DNA of 64,000 bases from Felis catus (taxonomy: Eukaryota). The DNA is taken from NCBI RefSeq assembly GCF_018350175.1, contig NC_058380.1, positions 74,586,001 through 74,650,000 of the forward strand. Direction: 5' to 3'. Below the pieces are notes generated by a model. It was given only the letters and a program-made list of their open reading frames with translations, was not told where the DNA came from and made no database searches. Shown here piece by piece: positions 1-11,971 of the stretch. Made by a program: the position numbers and the translations under genes. The number at the start of each line of letters is the position of its first letter. The stretch's first letter is position 1.

Positions 1-487
1 ATAGCTATCACCCAACTGGGGTTATTCAGTTAGATGAAAATTTGAATTCTTAAGATTACCAAAATAAAATTTGTGTGTGCTTAAAATTCAGCATATGGGG
101 AACTCTCTATTAAGGAGTAAATGTAGATGTATTCTGGCTTTGAGGACTTTTTTTTATGATGATGTTTAGGCTGCAATATTTAGTATGCCTCAGGAATAGA
201 ATTAATATCCTTTGTAGAATGTTTATGTTTTTATACTTCAATTTCAACTTAAAATTTAAAGTCTCTGACTCTCTATAATTAAACACTATAAGACTACTCA
301 GTGCAACAACTATTTAAGGATGTTTAAGTCTAAATTTCTTCCTTTAAACGAGTGATTTCCCAGTTGAATTCCTTCATTCAATACATTTTCATTATAGAGC
401 CACTACCTTCCAAGCACTGTGCTAGGTGTGGGGGGCTTCAGCCCTGAAAGGCAGATGTGGCTGCTGCCTTATAAACACATAAAAATA

Positions 488-701
488 GGGGTGCCTGGGT
501 GGCTTAGCCAGTTAACCGTCCAACTTTGGCTCAGGTCACCACCTCACCGTTTGTTGAGTTTGAGCCCCGGGTCAGGCTCTGTGCTGACAGCTCAGAGCCT
601 AGAGCCTGCTTCAGTTTCTGTGTCTACCTCTCTCTCTGCCCCTCCCCCACTCACTCTGTGTGTGTCTCTCACTCTCAAAAATAAGTCAATATTAAAAAAA
701 A
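488..701 (+). mobile_element. CAN-SINE (SINEC_Fc-like)
   Basis: GGGGTGCCTGGGTGGC head, (CT)n tract, A tail; TSD ATAAACACATAAAAATAG at 471-488 and 702-719. Confidence 0.95.
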
Positions 702-1080
702 ATAAACACATAAAAATAGACCACACAAGGCACTATGAAGGAAACAAAGGAGATGTGGGGCTCTACGAAGAACGATCAGGGAAATTTGCTTCACGAAGGA
801 GGTAATCAATATATTGTATGACTTTGAGTAACTACTGATAAAAATGTGGATGAGAAGAGGGTGGGTCTCAATAGACCATCTCATGGCAATATGGGATCCA
901 GTTTCCTTTCATTCAGTCTTAGTTTCTATATGTGGCTGCTGAACTGGAGCGATTGCATATGGATGCAGGCTGGCTGCCTTAATTGCTGACTTGTTAAGTA
1001 CGTTGTTAGTATGTTGTTAGTATATTGCTGCCCTGAAGGTCTGCTGTTGATAACTCTGGTCTATGGGCCTATGGTATCTT

Positions 1081-1107
1081 TTTTTCTTTTTTAAGTTTTA
1101 TTTATTT

Positions 1108-1146
<39 letters not shown>

Positions 1147-1305
1147 TGGGGGGCAGAGAGAGAGGGCGAGAGAGAGAATCCCAAGCAGGTTCTGTACCTG
1201 CAGCACAGAGCCCAACGTGGGGCTTGAACCCATGAACTGTTAGATCATGACCTGAGCCAAAATGGAGAGTCAGATGCTTAACCAACAGAGCCACCCAGGC
1301 GCCCC
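1081..1305 (-). mobile_element. CAN-SINE
   Basis: T-rich tail, (GA)n tract, ends GAGCCACCCAGGCGCCCC. Confidence 0.93.
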
Positions 1306-2974
1306 TCTACTGTATCTTCTGAGGAGTCTGCTGGTGCCTGAATACTACTAGGATTGCCAAACTAAGGAATCCAGACCACCTTGTTCCAGGCATCCAGAGT
1401 CTGAGTGTTAGGATTTGAAAATTTTTCCACTAGTGCTTTATTAGCTATAGAATTAATTAAGAGCCCCCCCCCCAGTCCACCTGGGGGATTATTGCTGGGC
1501 CCCAGATTCTCTACTACTTCGGTTGGGGAGATCTGATGACTCTTAGAGGTACAGTTAAAATCTTTGCAGTCAACATCCTTTCCACCTGATACATTTTTTC
1601 CCCATTTATTTTAGAATCGTCATCATCATCTCCCTGTTTAGGGGTTCAGTCCCCATCCCCATCACTCTCTCCACTGCTCCTATTGCCCATACGTAGCACG
1701 TACATTGCCCTGAATCACGTTTTTAAGAAATCCTCCACCCCCACCCCACTAGAATGTCAGCTTCTTGAGAGCAGAGACCCTGCTTATGTTCCTAATGGGC
1801 ATAGTGTCATGCAGAGAGAACACGGCCTGGCACAAGGTAAGCTCTCCCCAAACACTGGGGGAATGAATGAACCAAACGCATTGGCCTCCTAAAATGGCAT
1901 CAAGTCCATTGGTCCTTTTGTTGATGTATGTTGTCAATCACAGGGAAATTCCCCTTCTGAAATTCTCAGGGGCATTTTAAACAGGGAATCCTATTTACTC
2001 AGCTCACACAACACTTTCTGATCACGGAGACAGTATCACATTTACTTTACTGTTTCCATGAAAACCCTGTCCAGATTTTCTCCGTACCATTAGGAGGTGG
2101 AACACTGAGTGATGGAAAGTTTCCCGTGCATTCTGTCTCCGTTCATCACCCTCCCCTCAAAGAAACATGCCTTTTTGTCCATCTTTTGTTAAGATCCCCA
2201 AAGGAACTTTTTTTTTTTTCACAGAAAAAGTTTTCAAAACTTTTTGGTAGGCAAAAAACTATTTCTGGATGAGTAACAAGAAGAAAGTGCCCTTTAGATG
2301 GGGTGGTGGGTAAAGTCGCCATCCTCTCTCTTACTCCCCAAGATTTCAGGGGATTGGCTGGAGAGTCAGGATTTATTTCATCCCCCCAGCAAGCCTAGGC
2401 TACTGCACTGGTCTCCTGTCTCCCGTGCTGCTGTCTCATCTCTACTTTGCCTTTGTTTCTGAGAGTTTCACTCAACAAAGAATTGTGTGTTGATCTATTT
2501 TTCCTTCAGTAGTTTGAAGGCTTTATTCTATTGTCTTGTTTTTGTTGAGCAGCTGTGTGCAACTGTCATTGTTTGCCTGAATGTCATGTGCCTTTTTTCT
2601 CTGACTGCTTTTAAGATTTTTCTTTTCTTTGTTCACTTGAATATGATAAGCCTTTGTTCATTTTTTCTTCTTAACTAGTTTCTTTTAGAAAAAAAGTATC
2701 CTGTTTGTGTCTTATTGGATTTCTTGGGTCCATTGGTTGTTTTTTTTTTTTTTTTTTTTAATCAACTTGGGAAAGTTTTGGCTGTTATTTCTCTAAGTAT
2801 TTTTCTGCTTCAAATCCTTTTTTCTCTCTTTCTGGGACTCTACTGAAACATATATTGGGCCTCGGGATTTGTTCCCTAGGTCACTGAGGTCCTGCTTCAG
2901 TGTTTTATTTTCTCTATATGCCTTAGTGTGGATCATTTTTATTGGCCTGACTTTGAGTTCATCAGTACTTAAAA

Positions 2975-3166
2975 ATTTTTTTTTAAATTAGTTTTCTTTA
3001 TTTTTGAGAGGCAGAGAGAGTGTGTGTGGGAGGGACAGAGAGACAGGGAGACACAGGCTCAGAACTGTCAGCACAGAGCCCGACGTGGGGCTCAAACTCA
3101 TGAATTGTGAGATCATGACCTGAGCTGAAGTTAGACGCTCAACCTTCTGAGCCACCCAGGCACCCC
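2975..3166 (-). mobile_element. CAN-SINE
   Basis: Ends GAGCCACCCAGGCACCCC; typical body. Confidence 0.92.
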
Positions 3167-3196
3167 CCACTGTTTTCATTTAAAATTGTGGACATA

Positions 3197-3372
3197 GGGG
3201 GGCTGGCACCCAACTCTTGATTTCGGTTCAGGTCATGATCTCAGGGTTGTGGGATCAAGTTCTGCATCGGGATCTGTGCTGGGTGTGGAGCCTGCTTAAG
3301 ATTTTCTCCCTCTTCCTCTCTCTCCCTCTCCCTCTGTCCCCCTCCCCTGCTCATGCTCTTTCTCTTAAAAAA
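3197..3372 (+). mobile_element. Older, 5'-degraded CAN-SINE (pan-carnivore type)
   Basis: CTCTTGATTTCGGTTCAGGTCATGATCTCAGGGTTGTGGGATCAAG...GCCTGCTTAAGATT, CT tract, short A tail. Confidence 0.85.
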
Positions 3373-3679
3373 ATTGTGAACGTATCTATAATACCTATTT
3401 TAAAGACATTGCCTCCTGATTCCAACAGTTCCGCCATCTCTGGGTATGTTTCTACTGATTTCTTTCTCTTTCTGATTTATGTCACATTTTTCCTGATTTT
3501 TGTCCACGTCTAGTAATTTTTTCTAACATGCTGGATATGTGGATACTATGTTGTTGGGAGCCTGGATTTTTATTGTCTTCCTTTGAAAGGTGTTGAGTTT
3601 TGTTGTTATGTTGGGTTTCTTTTTTTTCCTGGCAGGCTTGATTTCATCAAGACTTGTTCTTTAAAACTGCTTTTCTTTT

Positions 3680-3893
3680 CATTTTTAAAAATATTTATTC
3701 GTTTTGAGATTGAAAGATAGAGAGTGAGTGGGGGGAGGGGTAGAGTGAGAGGGAGAGAGAGAATCCCAAGCAGGCTCCATGTTGTCAGCACAGAGCCTGT
3801 TGTGGGGCTGAGACTCACGTACTGTGAGATCATGACCTGAGCCAAAACCAAGAAGAGTCAGACACTTAACTGACTTAGCCACCCAGGTGCCCC
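3680..3893 (-). mobile_element. CAN-SINE
   Basis: Ends GCCACCCAGGTGCCCC; typical body. Confidence 0.92.
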
Positions 3894-5349
3894 TGGTCAA
3901 GGCTTGTTCTAAGGGCTTGTTAGGATGAGACTCATGGAGTGTGGTTTAGCCTACTCCTAGAAATGGCTTACTGGGGTCTCAACCGATTGCCTGGGCTTCC
4001 AGTCATCTGTTTCTACTCTGGCTGCTCAGAACCCCGTGTGAGCCCAGTAGTGTGTGACCTCTGTGATCCTCATTCAGTTTTTGGATCCCCTGGTGACTCC
4101 TTCTGCAATGCTTCGGCACATGCACAGTTTAATATCCAACCAAAGGGACCTGCACGAAGACTTCTGCAGCTTGTAGCTTCTCTGCATAGCATCCTTTTTT
4201 CCTGCAGCTTTCTTCACAAATTCTAGCTGCCCCAGCAGACCAAAAGCCTGACACCTGTTTGCTCTACCTTGTCAAATGGCTACCGTCTTTGGATTTGACT
4301 TCCCTGGGCCACCGTTTGGAAATTGCATGGACAGGAAGCTGAGGGGGATGTAGCTTATCACATATTTCCCTTATCTTCAAGGCCACAGCCCTACATTTTC
4401 TGTTGGCCGATGCCCCAAGGCAGCTGCACCATATATTTTGTCCAGTTTTGTAGCTGTTGTGACAACAAGCTAAGTCCATTGGTCATTATTCTGCATGGTA
4501 GAAGTCCCAGTGTCTTCCTTTTCTCAGAGCTCAGAGTAGAGCCTGGAACTAAGTGCTGCTGTTAGTTGAATGAATGCACAGTGATTTTGTTCTGTGACCT
4601 GGCTAGGAGCATGTGGTAGAGCTACATACAGGACCTGTGTCTCTGGCTTTCTGGTCTGGACTTTACTAGGCTGTACTGTGTGGGGCTTCATTTTTCCTCC
4701 GTGGTTCTGCATTGGGGCCCAGGATTCATGCAACATACCTTTGTGGAAAGAAGGCTTAAGTTCCCTATGGTTGACTTCTTCTCTCCTTTATGAAATTGAC
4801 ACCCACACTTGCAATGAAACCACATTTAACCTTTCAGGATTCACTTTAGGGGACTAGCGGGGAAGCACAGGGAAATGTCCAGTGTTTTTCAGTACTCTCT
4901 TCCTAGCTTCCTTCTTCATTTCACAAAGCCACGGAACACTGCTTAGAGTATCTGATGCAACCATGGGCTACTTTTCTGTCTTCTGGAATTGTCCTAATGC
5001 TAAGCCTAGTCCTTCTGGAGCAACTGTCTATTGATTTACATTCTTTTAAGCTGATGCTGAGATATTGATTTCTATTGAAGCTATTTCCTGGGAGTGGCCG
5101 CAGTAGGCGAAGTAGGGTTGGGAGATTGTGTCAGGTCAGAATGGTGGGGCATGGAGGGAAGAAAGCCTCTGGAAGCTGAATTCTGCTTATGAGACATGCA
5201 GGCCTGGTCAATTTTCTTAAGCTCTCTAGGCCTCAGTTTCCTCATGTATAAAATGGGAGTAATAATACCTATCTTCTAGGTAAGGTTAATGAGTTAACAA
5301 GGTGAAACTCCTAGTGTGGTACCTGCCTCAGGGTAAGTTCTCAATAATG

Positions 5350-5508
5350 GTAAATGTTACTTCCCTTCTTCCCTCTCTCCCTTCCTTCCTCTCTTCTTTC
5401 TGTCCTTCAGTCCCTTCCTTCCTTCACTCCTTCCCTGATCCCCTCCTTTTCTTTTCTTTTCCTTCCTTCCTTCCTTCCTTCCTTCCTTCCTTCCTTCCTC
5501 CCTTCCTT
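5350..5508. repeat. Polypyrimidine low-complexity tract with (CCTT)9
   Basis: (CCTT)9 at 5461-5496 inside a C/T-dominated stretch. Confidence 0.9.
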
Positions 5509-5691
5509 AGAGAAGACAGGGTAGAAAGGAGCAGTATGTTTTGTTATAGTGATGAAGAGCACTTAATAAAAACCACTTCCCTAAGGTGTGATTGAATCAC
5601 AAAAAGCTGTAGAACATGGTTTTTGCAATCAGCCCACTCTCAGTTCAAATCTTGGTTCCCAAGCTCACGACCTCTAAGACTTTAGAAGAGT

Positions 5692-5826
5692 NNNNNNNNN
5701 NNNNNNNNNNNNNNNNNNNNNNNNNNNNNNNNNNNNNNNNNNNNNNNNNNNNNNNNNNNNNNNNNNNNNNNNNNNNNNNNNNNNNNNNNNNNNNNNNNNN
5801 NNNNNNNNNNNNNNNNNNNNNNNNNC
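5692..5826. other. Assembly gap (135 N)
   Basis: Run of N; right flank is a partial SINE. Confidence 1.
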
Positions 5827-5937
5827 TGCACTATCAGCGTGGAGACTGATGCAGGGGTTGAACTCACAAACTGTGAGATTATGACCTGAGCTGAGATCAG
5901 GGTCTGTTGCTTAACCAACTGAGCCACTCAGGTGCCT
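5827..5937 (-). mobile_element. CAN-SINE 5' half (remainder in the gap)
   Basis: GAACTCACAAACTGTGAGATTATGACCTGAGC...GAGCCACTCAGGTGCC. Confidence 0.85.
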
Positions 5938-6804
5938 GAAGCCTTGGTTTATTCAGCTGTGAAGTGGAGGTAATAATTCTGGATGGGTATTATGTTAAGA
6001 ATTGAATAAAAATTGAATAAATGGAAAGCAGCCACCTGAGCCTGCTATGGCTGTGCTCAAATTCTCTCTCTCAGTTCGTTCTGGACAAGTTCCAGAACAA
6101 GCTCCAGGATGAGCTGCTTGGTTGGTCTAGCTTCCTCTTGTCCTGACTTTCTCTCCTTTCTTCTTGCTGGGGAACATTGGTCTAGAATGGAGACAAGGGT
6201 GACATCTGAACTTATATTCCTGCCAAAACATAAATGATAAAAATTTATTTCATGAATTTCAGTTGGAAATGATCCCCCCATCCCCACCTTTCCCAACCTA
6301 CTTCCTGCCCCCACATAAAGCTTGTTTTCATTCTGGGCAAGATCCTCAGGGATAGACAGGATTGGACAAATCCTCTAATAATTTATGATGGGAAATAAAG
6401 AATAATAATAAAAATTGATAACAATAGTGAATAAGATATAATAAAGTTAAGAATAACAGATAATATTAAAACAATAAGTCATCTCCCTTTGGAAATTGGA
6501 AGGCACATGCTAACGGGGAGAGACTACATGTAACAGTCTGCTCCACAAATGTAGCTCTACTTGATGCTGTTCCAAAGAGGGAATAAGACACCATCTAATG
6601 GGGAGAAAGACAGAAAAACAATGAGCTGTGATGGGAGTGGGGCAGGGGTGGTATCTGAGGAAACCCCTGCATGGGTCATCCAGGAAAGGCTCCACAGAGC
6701 AAGCAATGTTTGTGCTGAGTCTTCCTCCTGAGATAGGGGGTAAGGCAGGCACTCTACCCAGAGTGAAAAGTGGACCAAGAAATGAGAAAAAGCAGCACTT
6801 TGAC

Positions 6805-7403
6805 CAGTGGTGTGGAAACCAGTGTGTACCAGTTTGCAAGAGCTGGATTAACTTTTCAGGAATTTTGGGAGCCAGTCACTAAACACAGCCATGATTAAAA
6901 ATTAAATTATTATGGGGGCGCCTGGGTGGCTCAGTTGGTTAAGCGCCTGACTCTTGATTTCAGCTCAGGTCATGATCTTGAAGTTTGTGGATGGAGCCCA
7001 GCATCAGACTCCGGGCCCATAACGAGGAGCCTGCTTGGGATTTTCGCTCCCTCTCTCTCTGCTCCTCCTCTGCTCATGCTGTCTGTGTCTCTCTCAAAAA
7101 TAAGTATTAAAAGAATTTTTTAAATAAAAAAATTAAAAAAACTTGTCACTTCTTAAATGGCACTACATTTTACTCTCATCTATCCTCTTGAGGTTACTTA
7201 TTTCTACTGTATCTGTGGGGTGGAAATCTGATATAATGATATGCCAGTATGTGTCTCTTCCTGACTCCCGATTCAATGGCAATACATCAGCTGCTTGAAA
7301 TTGATCATGGTGAAAATATCTACACCCTGAATACCAGCAAATGGTATGCATTAGGGCTTTATTTTGGTGTGCTGGTTATTAGACAACTATCAGCATACCA
7401 CTG
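6805..7403 (+). mobile_element. MER63-like hAT DNA transposon with both TIRs, interrupted by a SINE
   Basis: Starts CAGTGGTGTG and ends CAGCATACCACTG (inverted repeat); internal TTTTCAGGAATTTTG...AAACACAGCCATGATTAAAAATT and GCTTGAAATTGATCATGG resemble MER63 (family name recalled). Confidence 0.7.
6915..7141 (+). mobile_element. CAN-SINE nested in the MER63-like element
   Basis: GGGGCGCCTGGGTGGCTCAGTTGGTTAAGCG head, A-rich tail. Confidence 0.93.
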
Positions 7404-7538
7404 CCTACAACGTAGGGGAAGAGGACACCAGCTGAAGCAGAGAGACTGGTAGAGGCTGAATCAAGAAGGGCCTTGGGTGCCAAGTTCAGGAGTTTGGATT
7501 TCCCCTTGAAGTGGATAGGAAGCTGCTAGAGCATTTTA

Positions 7539-8269
7539 TTTTTTATTTTATTATTTTAATATAATTTATTGTCAAGTTAGCTAACATACATTGTATAGAG
7601 TGTGCTCTTGGTTTTGGGGGTAGATTCCCATGATTCATCCTTACATACAATACCCAGTGCTCATCCCAACAAGTGCCCTCCTCAATGCCCATCACCCATT
7701 TTCCCCTCTCCTCCACCCCCCCACCCCATTCAACCCTCAGTTTGTTCTCTGTATTTAAGAGTCTCTTATGGGTTTGCCTCTCTCTCTGTTTGACACTATT
7801 TTTTCCCCTTCCCTTCCCCCATGGTCTTCTGTTAAGTTTCTCAAGTTCCACATATGAGTGAAAACATTAACAACTCAGGAAACAATAGATGTTGGTGAGG
7901 ATGTGGAGAAACGGGAACCCTCTTGCGCTGTTGGTGGGAATGCAAACTGGCTGCAGTTGCTCTGGAAAACAGTGTGGAGGTTCCTCAAAAAATTAAAAAT
8001 AGAACTGCCCTATAACCCAGCAATAGCACTGCTAGGAATTTACCCAAGGGATACAGGAGTGTTGATTCATAGGGGCACATGTACCCCAATGTTATAGCAG
8101 TGCTATCAACAATAGCCAAATTATGGAAAGAGCCCAATCGTCTGTCAACTGATGAATAGGTGAAGAAGATGTGGTTTATATATACAATGGAATACTACTT
8201 GGTGATGAGAAAGAATGAAATCCTGCCATTTGCAACAACGTGGATGGAACTGGAGGGTATTATGCTAAG
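7539..8269 (-). mobile_element. 5'-truncated, 5'-inverted carnivore L1
   Basis: Antisense L1 3'UTR and T tail at 7539-7865 joined to a sense ORF2-end segment at 7866-8269; 15-bp TSD TGCTAGAGCATTTTA at 7524-7538 and 8270-8284. Confidence 0.9.
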
Positions 8270-8289
8270 TGCTAGAGCATTTTAAAGCA

Positions 8290-8560
8290 AGAGAGCTATG
8301 TGATCCAATTTATCATAGAAAGACCACTTGGGCTGCTATGTGGTGGCTGGACTGGAGTGGGCTTCAATTGGGACAGGGAGACCAGTGAGGAGGTTACTGA
8401 AATAAAGAAGAAAGGATGGAATCAGCCTTTGTAAGCGATTAATTATCAGGGGTAAGGGAGTGTGGCCAGTCTAAGATGGCCCCGGGTCCTGCCTTGGAGG
8501 ACTTGGTAGAAGATGGCAATGCCTCTGAAGTGTTGGTGGACAGGAAGAATGTCCTGGAGA
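8290..8560 (+). mobile_element. L2 fragment
   Basis: GAAAGACCACTTGGGCTGCTATGTGG...GGAGACCAGTGAGGAGGTTACTG resembles the L2 3' region. Confidence 0.5.
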
Positions 8561-9958
8561 CATGAGAACATTCCCGTGCATCGGACCCTTATTCTTCTGT
8601 TTCTGCTTACATCAAATCCACAAGCACTTACAGGGATTTACTTTTGCTGTATAAAGTTGGGTTTCTCTGACCTTTTGCACATGGACTGCATCCTGTAGAG
8701 GGAATCCACAGTACTGAGGTAGATCTGACCTGGCTCCCTTTATCCTGATGATTCCTTGGGTATGATGGTCTCCTCCCTGACCCTCAGTTTACTTATCTGT
8801 AAAATGGGTGTTGTCACCCACATCTTCTTCTCCTCCCCATGGAACTCTTGAGAGAAGGGACACATACCAGTGATTTTTTTTTCCAACAGTGTCAGATTGT
8901 TTTCCCCAGCTCAGGGGTGAAAACTGGGAGAGTTCCCTAGCACAGAGGGAAGCAAAGTCTAGGTAGGTGTCATTCCTGAAAAAAAGCAGGGAGCACTAAC
9001 AGGGATTCTGGGTCCCCACATGGTGGCTGCAGAAGAAATGTTTCCCATCTGAGAGCATGGAGTGCAAGGGATTGTTGGGGTAGTTGTCACCAACCACGCC
9101 AGAGGAGTCCAAGGTACAACTCATTTGAGATTGGCTCTGGGACAGCTGGCAGGTGGCTAGTGCTCAGACATCTTGGTCTTTGCCCCTGAAGTAATTAGCA
9201 GTCCCCACTGAGTGAGTCACACTTGCTATCAGTCTGCAATTGTGCCGTGGGGTCCCAGGTCCAAATGTTAACTAAACCAAACACAAGGAATCACCCATAT
9301 GGAATGTGAGCCCCCTTGGTTTTTGTCTTCACACCTCGTTTGTTTCCTTTAGGAGCACTTACCAAAATGTGTTTTTATTTGTTGCTTTCTTCATTGTATC
9401 TCCTCACAGTTTCCTCTCCATGGTGTGGAAGCTTGATGTGCCCAATAGTCATGTCCTTTTCACTGCCAGCTCCCAGAAGGGATATTAAATATCAATTGTT
9501 GCACGAATTAACCAAGCCTCCAGCCCATCATTTACTCTACCCTATTTTATTACACTCTTATAATTTCTATAATTTGGTTTGGTTTCCTTAAATGTGGAAG
9601 GGAAGAAATAGAGAACAGAAATTTCAGGTCACTTTCTGACAGAATGACAGTGGCCATTTATCGAGCACTGACCAGGGCTCATGCATCTTCACGGGCATTA
9701 TCTCATTTACCCTCATAAGGGCACTAGCTGGGATGGTTCACTATTATCTCCATTTTGCAGATGAGGAAAGTAAGGCTCAGTTAGACTAGCTCTGCTGAGG
9801 TCTCACAGTTGAGCATAGTGGAATGGAGAATGTAACACCTAAATCGCTCTAGCTTCAAGGTCTTGATTTTTGCTTTATATGCCAGTGCTTTGAAAATTCT
9901 GGCTCTCAAGTCTGGCTGTACATTGCAACTATTTGGGAGTTAAAAAAAAATAGGTTGC

Positions 9959-10175
9959 CGGGCAACTGGGTGGTTAGTTGGTTAAGTGTCTGACTTCGGC
10001 TTAGGTCATGATCTCACGGTTTGTGAGTTCGAGCCCCATGTTGGGCTCTGTTCTGACAGCTCAGAGCCTGAAGCCAGCCTCGGATTCCGTGTCTCCCTCT
10101 GTCTTTGCCCCTCCCTTGCTCATACTCTGTTTATCTCTCTCTGTCTCAAAAATAAATAATAAACATTTAAAAAAT
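9959..10175 (+). mobile_element. CAN-SINE (inside a MER5-like remnant, ~9900-10320)
   Basis: Typical body with CT tract and AATAAAT tail; flanks (CTCTCAAGTCTGGCTGTACATTG..., GATTCTGATTTAATTAG) resemble MER5. Confidence 0.9.
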
Positions 10176-11741
10176 ATATGGTTGCTTGTCTCCCACTGTT
10201 GAGGATTCTGATTTAATTAGCCTAGAGTACGACTTGGGGCATCGGGGCTTTTAAATCTGTCTCCATTTCCTACACCCACAAATGTGTAGTCAAAATTGAA
10301 AATCATTGCTCTGAAAAGCATGACGTAAACATGGAGCCAGTCAAGCAGCTTTGTTCGGGGCAACTCCAGGCAGGGCTCACTGGGAAAGGCTTTGATAATG
10401 GTGCATCATGGCCGCCTGGGATAAATGCACAGCATAGAGAGGAGAGGGCTCTTGGTAGGATGTCTCCCTAAAAGGTGAGACTTGATGTTACTCATCTGTA
10501 GTATGGGGATGATGACAACTCTGGCATTGCTTAGCTGGGATCCGAGAATCTTAGGTCTGGAAGTAAACTTAGAGATTCTCTCTGAGGTCCAAAGAAGTTA
10601 GACGACTTGCCTAAGCCCATACAGTGAGCAGGAGGCAGAGACACAGGCCAAAACAGTGAATGAGAAGCTCCAGATTTATCACTCTGGCTGTGTGGCTCTG
10701 GCAAGTCACTGTACCTTCCTGAGCCTCCGATTCCTCACCTGGAGAACAGCCTTGATGATACTGTATCCACTCTTCAGGGTTCTGTGATGCTGAAGGGAAA
10801 TTGTGTTTGCAACGTGCTTAGCACAGTGCTTGACACAGGGTAGGTGCTCCAATCTTTTTGTGGTTGACAAAAGCAGAGTAGAGAATATAGACAAAGGCAA
10901 AATGGGGCCCCAGAGGTCATCCTGGGTGGGGGGCGACATTTCAAAGGACCTGGGTCCAGTGGAGAAGGAACCCAAGTGATCCTGTAGTTGGGAGCTGATG
11001 GGGTTGGGGGTGGCTGACTTGAGGCCTGTGTTGCAGCCAGAGTTAGGGCACCTCTGCTTCGGTAAGGCTGGGTTGATAGGAAAGTGGCCCGTCAGAGAAA
11101 TAGCACATCAAGTGACACCTGGCATTCCGGAAGGGACCACAACCTTGGATCTCTCCTGGAGTAAAAGCAGTCCTTCAATCTATGCTCATTGTATCACATG
11201 GAAGACTGAGTCATCTTTTGAGGGTTTGGAAGTCCATTCCTGGTAGTGCCAACATCTGTGGGAGAAGATGAGTTTTACTGACTTGAGGTTAGGGAACCAG
11301 GCTCTGTTAGAGGACTGAATGAAATGCTGCAGGTGAGGCATTCAGGACTCTGAATGCCCAGTAAATGTTAGCTAACAATAAACGTAGGGCATTGAACACT
11401 TTTATCCTGCCTGGGTTCAAATGCTGGCTTAGCTCAGTAATTATGAATAAGTGGACTTCATCTCTCAGGCCTCATTTCTCTCATCTGTAAAATGGGCTGA
11501 TAGTGCAATCCCATCGTATTTTGAGGTAAGGGAACCATATGAAGTTGAGCTCAAGTTTCTGGAAGGAGGTAAGAGCACAGGAAATGGCTATCCCAAGACT
11601 GGTGTTGAAGTCTGGGTGATATGCGATGGTGAGTGTGCCCCCCAAGCCCAATTATGAGTCAGGAGGATCTGGTGAGCAATGTGGGGATGGAGATTGTTAT
11701 CAACATAGAACAGTATTCACCAACTCCAGACCTTACATTTC

Positions 11742-11971
11742 TTTTTAAAAAAAAATTTTTTTTTCTTTAACGTTTATTTATTTTTGAGACAGAGAGAGAC
11801 AGAGCATGAACGGGGGAGGGTCAGAGAGAGAGGGAGACACAGAATCCAAAGCAGGCTCCAGGCTCTGAGCTGTCAGTACAGAGCCCGACTCGGGGCTTGA
11901 ACTCAGGGACCGAGAGATCATGACCTGAGCCGAAGTCAGCTGCTTAACCGACTGAGCCACCCAGGCGCCCC
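11742..11971 (-). mobile_element. CAN-SINE (SINEC_Fc-like)
   Basis: 17-bp TSD TCCAGACCTTACATTTC at 11725-11741 and 11972-11988. Confidence 0.96.

Larger units (their letters stand above)
2440..4560 (-). mobile_element. Old L1M-type LINE fragment interrupted by three SINEs
   Basis: T-rich antisense-L1-like text (CTTTTAAGATTTTTC..., ATCAACTTGGGAAAGTTTTGGCTGTTATTTCTC...); boundaries and subfamily approximate. Confidence 0.55.

Noticed and set aside
488-560. tRNA-like A/B-box sequence at SINE heads
   Set aside because: CAN-SINEs are tRNA-derived; each runs into a SINE body, CT tract and A tail, and I saw no complete cloverleaf gene.
7858-8097. ORFs resembling the L1 ORF2 C-terminus (also 49681-49920 and 62850-63215)
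   Set aside because: Fragments of 5'-truncated L1 copies; they cannot encode functional ORF2p.
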